A stretch of 21,453 nt of DNA, taken from the IMG/VR virus record IMGVR_UViG_648276652_000012. The stretch is one strand, 5' to 3'. The DNA is from a virus. Its lineage: Duplodnaviria > Heunggongvirae > Uroviricota > Caudoviricetes. Positions 1-7,230 of this stretch are shown piece by piece. Within the stretch, counting starts at the first letter, position 1, and each line of letters opens with the position of its first letter. A program made the position numbers and the translations under genes. The notes under the pieces were generated by a model. That model saw only the letters and a list, made by a program, of their open reading frames with translations. It made no database searches and was not told where the DNA came from.

Positions 1-252
1 GGCGGTGCGGAGTCCGGAGAGTAACGGCATAGCAGAGAGCTTCGTGAAAACGATAAAGCGTGACTACATCAGTGTCATGCCCAAACCAGACGGGTTAACG
101 GCAGCAAAGAACCTTGCAGAGGCGTTCGAGCATTATAACGAATGGCATCCGCATAGTGCACTGGGTTATCGCTCGCCACGGGAATATCTACGGCAGCAAG
201 CCAGTAATGGGTTAAGTGATAACAGGTGTCTGGAAATATAGGGGCAAATCCA
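1..252 (+). mobile_element. IS2 right end (partial; element continues left of the window)
   Basis: Encoded protein ends ...[29 protein letters not shown], recalled as the C-terminus of IS2 OrfB. The terminus ...tggaaatataggggcaaatcca ending at 252 matches my memory of the IS2 inverted-repeat end. Not verified by alignment. Confidence 0.8.
2..241 (+). CDS. insD: IS2 transposase OrfB (InsD) C-terminal fragment, 5'-truncated by the window edge
   Basis: Open frame running to a stop at 239-241; DDE-transposase C-terminal sequence recognised from memory. Confidence 0.8.
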   Translation, partial: AVRSPESNGIAESFVKTIKRDYISVMPKPDGLTAAKNLAEAFEHYNEWHPHSALGYRSPREYLRQQASNGLSDNRCLEI

Positions 253-280
253 GTTTGCTCTGCCATTTATTAAAACTCCT

Positions 281-311
281 GACAACAAAAAACCCACCGC
301 GAAGTGGGTTT
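281..311 (-). terminator. rho-independent terminator downstream of the GT tail chaperone gene
   Basis: Minus strand reads aaacccac-ttcgcg-gtgggttt followed by ttttgttgtc: a perfect 8-bp GC-containing stem (plus-strand core aacccac 291-297 / gtgggtt 304-310) and a T-run. Confidence 0.6.
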
Positions 312-431
312 CAGGCGACATAATAGTAGATATAGCGATTACGAGGCCACGCAATGCTTTTCTCCAGGAGCATCATCGATTTAATTAAAGACACCATCAC
401 ATCTCTGTAACAGAGTGTACGTAATTAACAA

Positions 432-1201
432 CTACACACACTGCTCCTGAAAATACTGGTCATCCAGTGCAAAGATCACTGCTTCAAATTCATCGCGCTC
501 AATCAATACCGGATGAGTGGCTAAATATTCATTTATCTCTGTCAGAGATAAAGGCAAAGGCACCCCAGCCATTCCAGCATAACGTCGGGCACGGGATATT
601 ACCGAATAGGCGTACAACAACTCCTTAAGCACCGGGTCTATTTCTGGTTCCGGTATCGGTGGCAACCTGAGTTTTTCTCGCTTCCATCTTGCCTTTTCCC
701 CCCTTTCTCCCCCGAACTCCGATAACCACCGCTGGGCAGCTATGGCTTTTTTATCGTATCCTGCTTCTGCTGCTCTTTACCCTGGGCGATGCTGGCTGCT
801 TCTGCAAGGATCTGCCAGTACAACTCTGGATTCTGCTTAAGCAGCGCGATCCCTCGTTCTGCCGTATATTCCAGTGCAACCTCAACACCATTAACCAGTT
901 CACCAACCCCTTTCCAGTCTTTCAGCAGATAACGAGCGGCATTATCAATGAGTAAATCATCAACAGAATCCACCTCGGAAACCTTTGAAATATCAAACTC
1001 CTTCGTTCCGACGTGCAAACTGGCATCCATTTTCTCAATGTGGCGACGGATTAATGCATTACGGGAGCGATACTGATCGTTATCGCTGCTTGCCACCAAC
1101 AGTTTTAACCCGTCTACAGGTTTTAAGTCCTTCATTGGCGTAAACCAGCGTTCTCCACCAATGATAATTTTCTGATTAAGAATAAACATCCATAACCTCA
1201 T
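432..1201 (-). CDS. tail assembly chaperone GT-like fusion product made by -1 frameshift at A_AAA_AAG (746-752)
   Basis: The G-like ORF ends 2 codons after an in-frame slippery heptamer A AAA AAG. The -1 frame is open from there to a stop at 432-434 (about 105 codons) and is the same frame as the listed 432..665 ORF. Position directly after the major tail gene fits the G/GT arrangement. Confidence 0.6.
740..1201 (-). CDS. tail assembly chaperone (G-like), zero-frame product
   Basis: 153-codon ORF immediately downstream of the major tail protein gene; ATG at 1201-1199; terminates just after the slippery site. Confidence 0.6.
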   Translation of the reverse strand: MRLWMFILNQKIIIGGERWFTPMKDLKPVDGLKLLVASSDNDQYRSRNALIRRHIEKMDASLHVGTKEFDISKVSEVDSVDDLLIDNAARYLLKDWKGVGELVNGVEVALEYTAERGIALLKQNPELYWQILAEAASIAQGKEQQKQDTIKKP

Positions 1202-1281
1202 TCAATGCGTCCCCCTGTAGGGCAGTACCACAGGAGGAATAACGGAAAATCAACTAATCGCCTCAGCACTGGCTTTTGCGA

Positions 1282-2211
1282 TCACGGCAGCCGGGGAATT
1301 TTTTTTCTGGTTATCGTAGGTGCTTCATCTGCTGCGGTAATGCTCAATTGAACCTGGATAATGTCGCTATTACCCCCATCAGGCCATTCACCTGACACCT
1401 GAACCTTCGGGAAACTGAAAGTGTATGCCCCCTCTCCATTCGAAAGCGTGAAGCTGAACGGAACTGTTTCTCCAGTCAGTGTTTTACTCCAGATTTCCCA
1501 CGCGGCTTTAGACCATGAAAGCGTCACCGTACCGGACGGTGTAAAAGTAGTCGGAATATTTGCTCCTGCATAAGGCGAGCCAGTCCCGATACAACGCTGT
1601 GTCTGGAGTTTGTTATCGAACTGAATATCAAAACTGTCGATACAAAAACCGTTACCTCCGGCAACACCATTCAGGCTTACTGCTGAAACCTCCTTAAACG
1701 AATAACGTAGCTTTCCTGCACTATCCACAGGTTCGCCTTTGATAAAATTCGTATCATCGGCCTTTGATTCCCAGTCCAGTCCGGCAAAGGTTACGGTCGC
1801 TGTAATATCGCCGTCGTTAGGGATCTGCATTTTCCATGAGCCAACCTGCGCTCCTCTGACGACAGAGGCAATTCCGACATCGGACGCATAGGTCGCCAGA
1901 GAAAATGTTATTCGCTCATTCCCCATTGTCAGAGAATCGCCTGACCATTCCGCGCCGAAACAGGATGCAAGAAAATCATCATGTTGACCCCAGCGAAATT
2001 TGGTACCAACATCACCGCCGACATCCACAGTGCCAGGCGTCGCCCCCTGAGCCATCCGGGAGCCACCAATCTCATTATTTTCGCCTTTATTCTGGGTGGG
2101 TTTTACTCCCCAGCTTGTGCGTTTTAATAAACTCCAGTCACCACTTGCTGGCGTAGTGCCTGCAACCGTCTCCCGGATAAATGCCGAGATAACCTTTGCA
2201 CCTGAACTCAC
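1282..2211 (-). CDS. major tail (tube) protein
   Basis: 309-aa ORF with GTG start preceded by AGGAGG (5-nt spacer). Sits between the tail-terminator-like gene and the G/GT pair; sequence is Gly/Thr/Ser-rich as expected for a beta-rich structural protein. Called by synteny. Confidence 0.6.
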   Translation of the reverse strand: MSSGAKVISAFIRETVAGTTPASGDWSLLKRTSWGVKPTQNKGENNEIGGSRMAQGATPGTVDVGGDVGTKFRWGQHDDFLASCFGAEWSGDSLTMGNERITFSLATYASDVGIASVVRGAQVGSWKMQIPNDGDITATVTFAGLDWESKADDTNFIKGEPVDSAGKLRYSFKEVSAVSLNGVAGGNGFCIDSFDIQFDNKLQTQRCIGTGSPYAGANIPTTFTPSGTVTLSWSKAAWEIWSKTLTGETVPFSFTLSNGEGAYTFSFPKVQVSGEWPDGGNSDIIQVQLSITAADEAPTITRKKIPRLP

Positions 2212-2237
2212 AGGAGCCTCCTATGTCATTAATTGCG

Positions 2238-2630
2238 CTAGAGCGCGCGATATGGAATTTGAAGATTAAGCTGGAACCAGCCATTCTTTTCGCCAACGGC
2301 TATTGAGGAAACAGCCTGGTAACTGAGACGATCGTCATCCTGAAACTCAAACAGTTCCCGCAATTTATCGGCTGTCTCAGTAATGAGTTTTGAACCAGAA
2401 CCTGCGGGGACAAATAACTGAATAATGATTATCCCCGTGCGATAAACAATCGGCCCCGCGCCAATTTCATTAACTCCAGCCTGCCCGGGAATATTACTTA
2501 ACCGCGCCCAGATTAACTTACCGGAAGGATCGAACGTTGGCGCGTTCGGATACAATACGTCTTTTCCATCAATAATCGTCTGTGCCGTCATTCTGGAAAT
2601 AACCGTATTTCTGATTTCAGTAAACGTCAT
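2238..2630 (-). CDS. tail terminator / tail completion protein (by position)
   Basis: 130-aa ORF; ATG at 2630-2628 overlaps the upstream stop in an ATGA arrangement; fourth of four small head-tail joining genes. Confidence 0.5.
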   Translation of the reverse strand: MTFTEIRNTVISRMTAQTIIDGKDVLYPNAPTFDPSGKLIWARLSNIPGQAGVNEIGAGPIVYRTGIIIIQLFVPAGSGSKLITETADKLRELFEFQDDDRLSYQAVSSIAVGEKNGWFQLNLQIPYRAL

Positions 2631-3007
2631 TTGTAAGCCTGTAAAACACCATGAAAAGCGTTGGCATACACGCCAGTTGGCGCTTGTTGTGAATGACCGT
2701 TTTCAAGAGCCTCTGCATAAGGAAGGTTATTCTGGATATAAATAACTCCGTAATTTGCAGCTTTCGAAATAACCCCGATCCCACGCTGAACAGCAATCGT
2801 ACCGTTCGGATCCACGTTATCAGATATACCAAAATCGGGATGCTGTAACGACACCAGGTTGTTATTTCTGAAACGTCCGGTATCAACCGGAGCAGCAATA
2901 TCAATAGCAGTAAGAATCTGAATAGCGATGTAGCGAATCTTCAGCCCTACATCTTCCTCAATCATCCCGGCAAATATTGACGGTTCTATATCCCATGCCT
3001 TTGCCAT
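2627..3007 (-). CDS. head-tail joining component (HK97 gp10-like size and position)
   Basis: 126-aa ORF, translationally coupled to its neighbours; placed by synteny. Confidence 0.5.
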   Translation of the reverse strand: MAKAWDIEPSIFAGMIEEDVGLKIRYIAIQILTAIDIAAPVDTGRFRNNNLVSLQHPDFGISDNVDPNGTIAVQRGIGVISKAANYGVIYIQNNLPYAEALENGHSQQAPTGVYANAFHGVLQAYK

Positions 3008-3391
3008 TTACGCTCTCCTTAACTGGATAGAGTAAACTGATGCGGAAGGATCTACACTTGCTGTAATTACCTCGTATCGTTGTAACTGCCTTGATACAGG
3101 ATCATAAATCTCAATAATATGGTCGACAGCTGGTTTATCCGTAACCTCGCATACCAGAGCGGTTAATTTAAGGTCACCATGCAAAATATTAATCCCATCA
3201 ATTCTGCCCAGCTTATAACGTGTCAACACGCCTCGCCCGGTATAGATTGCGGTGGATTCGCCGCCAGTTTCCGTCACAGGATCCCAGTGCCGGTGCGTAA
3301 CGTAAGAACCAGAAAAATCACTCACGGCGTCCGCTAAATCCTCATCAAAAGCAGCGGCAACCTCTGACTGAATCTCTTCACGAAGCCCCAT
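3008..3391 (-). CDS. head closure / head-tail joining protein (by position)
   Basis: 127-aa ORF; its ATG at 3391-3389 overlaps the upstream TAA (TAATG). Confidence 0.5.
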   Translation of the reverse strand: MGLREEIQSEVAAAFDEDLADAVSDFSGSYVTHRHWDPVTETGGESTAIYTGRGVLTRYKLGRIDGINILHGDLKLTALVCEVTDKPAVDHIIEIYDPVSRQLQRYEVITASVDPSASVYSIQLRRA

Positions 3392-3786
3392 TATCCCCCC
3401 CTCACAACCCTGACTTGTGAGCGACTAAGTCCGTACGGTTTCAGCAGTGCTATCGCAAGCTGTAAATCGGGTTCAAGCAATGCAGTGCTGTTTGCTGGCA
3501 ACTCAGAAAATGATTTCGATACACTGACCCCGTCAGCCGACACGGCTTTACTGATAACAACGCCAGAATCATTTTTCTGCTGAAACAACTTACCGAATGA
3601 GGCAATTCTGGCTGCATATGCTCCCGCAAGTTTTACCTCTTCCGGAATACGGGATGGGTTAATTTTCAGGTTGAAGCCATTAAGCCAGGCATTAGCCATT
3701 AAAACAGCTTTATTTTTAGCGTTCTCACTCGTCCAGGCGTTCCCAAACGCATTATCAACGTCATCACAGGTCACGTAAGTGATCAT
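3391..3786 (-). CDS. head-tail connector/adaptor protein (by position)
   Basis: 131-aa ORF, first gene after the capsid gene and small ORF; ATG at 3786. Confidence 0.45.
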   Translation of the reverse strand: MITYVTCDDVDNAFGNAWTSENAKNKAVLMANAWLNGFNLKINPSRIPEEVKLAGAYAARIASFGKLFQQKNDSGVVISKAVSADGVSVSKSFSELPANSTALLEPDLQLAIALLKPYGLSRSQVRVVRGG

Positions 3787-3789
3787 GTG

Positions 3790-3966
3790 TTACTCCTGAG
3801 TTTTCCAGCCCATAGCCTTCCAGTTGTCAACTTCATCAGGATGAACATTAGCGATAGTTGGTGCGCCGGGAAACATCTGATAATCGGTCACCATAACCAC
3901 TAACTCAATTTGCGTTTTTTGTGCGGCTTCACGCTGTGCTCTTTGCTCTTTAGTTAATCCGGCCAT
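3790..3966 (-). CDS. small hypothetical protein (58 aa), absent from the ORF track
   Basis: Manual translation: MAGLTKEQRAQREAAQKTQIELVVMVTDYQMFPGAPTIANVHPDEVDNWKAMGWKTQE. ATG at 3966-3964; TAA at 3792-3790, 3 nt before the next gene start; fills an otherwise empty gap. Confidence 0.4.
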   Translation of the reverse strand: MAGLTKEQRAQREAAQKTQIELVVMVTDYQMFPGAPTIANVHPDEVDNWKAMGWKTQE

Positions 3967-3975
3967 ATGCCCCCC

Positions 3976-3998
3976 ATTAAAAATGGGGCCGAAGCCCC
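3976..3998 (-). terminator. rho-independent terminator immediately after the major capsid gene
   Basis: Minus strand reads ggggc-ttcg-gcccc followed by atttttaatgg: GC stem with a TTCG tetraloop and a T-run, just downstream of the capsid stop at 4009. Confidence 0.55.
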
Positions 3999-4008
3999 GT
4001 TTGAATGT

Positions 4009-5148
4009 TTAACCAAGAATCAGACAACCATGTGCCGGCTTCACTGATGAAACACCCCATGCCAGTCCAACTTCATAGCGCACCTGGCGATACTGACGAT
4101 ACAGTGCAATCTGGAACGTAATCCCTGAAATCGGGTCCGTAACATTCATTACATCATCAGCATTATCGCCACCTTCCGGCATTGCCGGAGTACGGGATGC
4201 CAGCAGAAACGCGTTGCGATCAAACGCCATATTTGCCGTAAAGGCCCCAACAACTGTGATGGCAGTATCATCGGCCAGATCCTGACGCAGTCCGGGCGCT
4301 GCAAGAGTAATCAGATTGCTGGTCGCTGCTGCCACAACATACTGATTCGGATCACCAGCGAACGTAACAATCTGACCTGCAGAAATACTCCCCGAACCAG
4401 TATCAATGGAAATAAGAACATCGCCTTCTTTTTTCTCTCCATTCACGAGATAACCAGTTGCAGCAACCTTTGGCGCTCGTTTCACACCTGCCGAACTGTG
4501 AATATTGAATCCCTCCAGACGCCCCAACACGCCCTCACGCAGTAGCTGTTCAGTGCCGGATTCATTCACTTTAAACAATACAGACTGTTTTCCGCGCAAA
4601 TTAGCAATGGCAGTGGAGCCAAGCACCATCTGCAGATCGGTTGTCGGTGCGCCGTTATCCTCCAGAACCTGACGAGCCAGAGCAGCATCAGAAAGATCAT
4701 CTTTAACACCAAACGGCGTTGTCCCTGCGGTTCCCACGGCGCGGGAAGCACCGAAATACAACGCACCAAGATCAGCCTCAACCTCGTTTGCAAGGGCGCG
4801 AAAAGCCTGCTTGAACTGATCAGCCAGAATGGTGTTGTAAGTCCCTGAAGGGCCAAGAGCCAGTTGTTCTTCACCATTCCATTTAACCGGTGCCATTTTG
4901 GATTTAGTAATTTTTACATCAACAGTGCCAATATTTTGATCACCGGTATTCGGAGCTGACGGCCCCGGTACGATATCTTCGGTTTTCGCCTCAGGCGCAA
5001 CTGGCGCGGTTACCGTCTGATCTTTTGCTGCGGCGTCAGCTTTTACGTTTTTTGCTACCGCAGGGATAAAACCTACCTGCTCACGGGATACAACATCCAG
5101 GGCGGTATAAATAGTCGGGATCAACCCGGTCAGGGTATTTCCAGCCAT
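4009..5148 (-). CDS. major capsid protein
   Basis: 379-aa ORF trimmed to the ATG at 5148-5146, which has AAGGA about 10 nt upstream. The longer ORF-track start at 5241 would overlap the scaffold gene. Placed after the scaffold gene and before the connector genes. Confidence 0.65.
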   Translation of the reverse strand: MAGNTLTGLIPTIYTALDVVSREQVGFIPAVAKNVKADAAAKDQTVTAPVAPEAKTEDIVPGPSAPNTGDQNIGTVDVKITKSKMAPVKWNGEEQLALGPSGTYNTILADQFKQAFRALANEVEADLGALYFGASRAVGTAGTTPFGVKDDLSDAALARQVLEDNGAPTTDLQMVLGSTAIANLRGKQSVLFKVNESGTEQLLREGVLGRLEGFNIHSSAGVKRAPKVAATGYLVNGEKKEGDVLISIDTGSGSISAGQIVTFAGDPNQYVVAAATSNLITLAAPGLRQDLADDTAITVVGAFTANMAFDRNAFLLASRTPAMPEGGDNADDVMNVTDPISGITFQIALYRQYRQVRYEVGLAWGVSSVKPAHGCLILG

Positions 5149-5246
5149 AATTAAATATTCCTTAAAAATTTGCGTAATTGTGAATAGATGGAGTAATGAG
5201 CTATCCAGCCCTGACACCAGCTCCCATCCGGAAGCTGACAAATGTG

Positions 5247-5768
5247 TTAATCAACGATTGTGATACCGTCTTTCAATGCGTTTTGCTTACCTGCAACATC
5301 CAGTGCATCAAAAGCAGAGCGTTTCATCGTTTTCTGACCAATATCATGCTGTGTCGGACGGGAGCCGCCGCCATTGTTGCCACTGGCTTTCAGGATGTAG
5401 TCTTTCTGAGGGTAATTTTCGACAAGGAACTCCAGCGCCTCATCAAACTGCGCCAGTTCGCCAGGCTTCGCGCGGGAATAAATTTTGTTGCCGGAAGCGT
5501 CATAAGCAACGATCTTCCCTTCTTCCACTTTGAATGCCTGCCCGAAGCGGGCTTGTAATAAATCTGCCGGGATCGCAATTTTATCGGCAATATATTTTGA
5601 ACCCGCAAAACTACCGCCAATCATAGAATCGTAAAGCTGCGTCTCCAGCATCTGAGAGCGTTGCTTTTCTTCATCTAATTGCTGCTGAAAATTTTTCGTA
5701 ATTTCTGCCTTAACCTGGTCAACCTGTCCCGCATCGATCAGCTTTTTCTGGTCGATTTTTAACAGCAT
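5247..5768 (-). CDS. head scaffolding-like coiled-coil protein (possibly the 3' part of a frameshifted longer gene)
   Basis: 173-aa ORF rich in Lys/Glu/Gln/Ala, between the MuF-like and capsid genes. Its frame stays open about 50 codons upstream of the first ATG, back to a TAA at 5924-5922. Confidence 0.6.
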   Translation of the reverse strand: MLLKIDQKKLIDAGQVDQVKAEITKNFQQQLDEEKQRSQMLETQLYDSMIGGSFAGSKYIADKIAIPADLLQARFGQAFKVEEGKIVAYDASGNKIYSRAKPGELAQFDEALEFLVENYPQKDYILKASGNNGGGSRPTQHDIGQKTMKRSAFDALDVAGKQNALKDGITIVD

Positions 5769-6010
5769 TTCCAGTGCCTCGATCGCCTTCTTCGGGTCTT
5801 CGATAGCGGCAAACTTAGCCAGTTTTTCCTCTGCAGCTTCTTTAGCCAGGCGATGATTTTTTGCCTCGCCATTAAGCTCTGTAATTTTTTTATCGCCAGC
5901 GGTGCATCGAAGCCGATTTCTTTACCATCGTCGTGCACATAAACTGGCAGGCCAGCAGTATCAATTTCTGCGTATTGTTTTCCGTTAATCTCGACCGTTT
6001 TCAGTTTCAT
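5759..6010 (-). CDS. possible N-terminal segment of the scaffold gene, in a different frame
   Basis: ATG at 6010-6008 (MKLKTVEINGKQYAEIDTAGLPVYVHDDGKEIGFDAPLAIKK...). After an A7 run (plus-strand T-run 5885-5891) this frame gives an implausible tail (RRRRSRHWKCC), while the -1 frame continues into the 5247..5768 ORF. Confidence 0.35.
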   Translation of the reverse strand: MKLKTVEINGKQYAEIDTAGLPVYVHDDGKEIGFDAPLAIKKLQSLMARQKIIAWLKKLQRKNWLSLPLSKTRRRRSRHWKCC

Positions 6011-6070
6011 ATTAGTACCTGGTTTAAGTCTTCCGACAGTTACGCTGCTCACCATCCGGATCGCAGCAAT

Positions 6071-6100
6071 AAAAAAGGCCACCCGAAGGTAGCCTGTTGT
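6071..6100 (-). terminator. rho-independent terminator between the MuF-like gene and the scaffold gene
   Basis: Minus strand reads ggctacc-ttcg-ggtggcc followed by ttttttattg: 7-bp stem with one G-U pair, TTCG loop and T-run; lies in the 6083-6114 intergenic gap. Confidence 0.55.
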
Positions 6101-6114
6101 AATAAATGATTTAT

Positions 6115-7230
6115 TTAAATCCCTGCTTTTCTGAATACCTGTGCATCACGCTCACGGAGTTGCTTCAGCGTCAGCCATTCGCCTTTATCGGTGTAAAATT
6201 CATCTGGCGACATACCGCCATCCCGAATCAGCTTTGCCCGGGTTTCCCCCACAATCTGTTTTTGTCTGGTGTAAGGCTGACGCAAAAACCATTCCCTGTA
6301 GGTTGTATCTCCGGCCACCACGCCATCCATGCTGGCCCGCTCAGCCGGGGAAATATCACGAACATCAATACCCAGTTCCTTCGCTGATTTCAGAATGAAC
6401 GTTTCCGTTGAGCGGCAGCAGAAATGAATTTTTCCCGGCCCATGCAAATAAGGCACACTGTGACCTACAGGTTTATTATCCAGCGTATATTTGAGGCGAT
6501 CCCTGATTCGACATTGTGGCGTAGTACGATTATCAAGCGTTGATAACCATTGCTTACCCTTAATCAAATCATTATTCGCGCTGGCAAAACTCTCACGGGC
6601 AGTAGCAGCAAGATGTCCAACCGCTGTTTTTGCAATGCTGGCCGCATTAGCCCGGCTCATCTGCAATGCACCATCCTGAAATCCCTTGCTGACATGTCCC
6701 CGAATTTTTCTTGCGATCTGCTCATTGGTATCCCCCAGCAAAAAACCCTGACGCACCGTATTTGTTATGCGTCTGAGCCGATCCGCCTCAAGATCCAAGG
6801 CCCACTCACTGAGCAGTCGTCCCTGGAATGGTCGCGCCATTGCAGCGGCGTAAAGTGCATCAGAAGATATACCAACCAGAGGGTGAACATCAGCAACAAA
6901 ATCAGGTAGCAGAGAATCAAACAGACTTAACTGATAACCAGCCTCATAAATTGCCAGCTCGTTCAGCTCTCCGGAGAGACTGGTAAACATGCTGTTAATA
7001 GCAGCGCGGTTAACCTCTCTGACACTCGCCAGAAGTGACTCCAGGCGCGTAACGGTAAAACTACCAGGATCGAGGCTGTCCAGTGCTACCAGCAGGCGAG
7101 CTGTAAGCTCCGCATCGCTGTCATTCAGTATTTTCACCATTCTGGCAGCCACACCAGTGCTATAGCGGGATATCCAGACTGCATGAGCAATTGATTCATC
7201 ACGCAGCCGTTCATTCACGGTTTGCATCAT
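6115..7230 (-). CDS. head morphogenesis protein (Mu F / SPP1 gp7-like minor head protein)
   Basis: 371-aa ORF directly downstream of the portal gene, overlapping its stop by 20 nt; size and position typical of this family. Confidence 0.7.
   Translation of the reverse strand: MMQTVNERLRDESIAHAVWISRYSTGVAARMVKILNDSDAELTARLLVALDSLDPGSFTVTRLESLLASVREVNRAAINSMFTSLSGELNELAIYEAGYQLSLFDSLLPDFVADVHPLVGISSDALYAAAMARPFQGRLLSEWALDLEADRLRRITNTVRQGFLLGDTNEQIARKIRGHVSKGFQDGALQMSRANAASIAKTAVGHLAATARESFASANNDLIKGKQWLSTLDNRTTPQCRIRDRLKYTLDNKPVGHSVPYLHGPGKIHFCCRSTETFILKSAKELGIDVRDISPAERASMDGVVAGDTTYREWFLRQPYTRQKQIVGETRAKLIRDGGMSPDEFYTDKGEWLTLKQLRERDAQVFRKAGI

Noticed and set aside
75-354. Minus-strand ORFs 75..266 and 166..354 as genes
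   Set aside because: Both run antisense through the IS2 transposase fragment. Only the first 5 codons of 75..266 lie outside the IS, and they are treated as a possible interrupted gene start, not a gene.
403-415. Short palindrome ctctgt-a-acagag as a LexA box or operator
   Set aside because: The spacing does not fit the LexA consensus (CTGT-N8-ACAG), and a single short palindrome in an AT-rich spacer is expected by chance.
4566-4877. Alternative-frame minus-strand ORFs nested inside larger genes (4566..4877, 5390..5620, 9276..9500, 10030..10461, 10477..10734, 11750..12043, 12824..13105, 13697..13912, 20626..20895, 2617..2904)
   Set aside because: Fully embedded out of frame in longer, recognisable coding sequences. 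Only the Rz1-in-Rz nesting has independent support (lipoprotein signal, known architecture).
5759-5884. The Arg/Cys-rich C-terminal tail (…SKTRRRRSRHWKCC) as the true end of the upstream scaffold-region ORF
   Set aside because: The composition is implausible and the -1 frame across the same stretch is open and protein-like; more likely out-of-frame read-through after a homopolymer slip.
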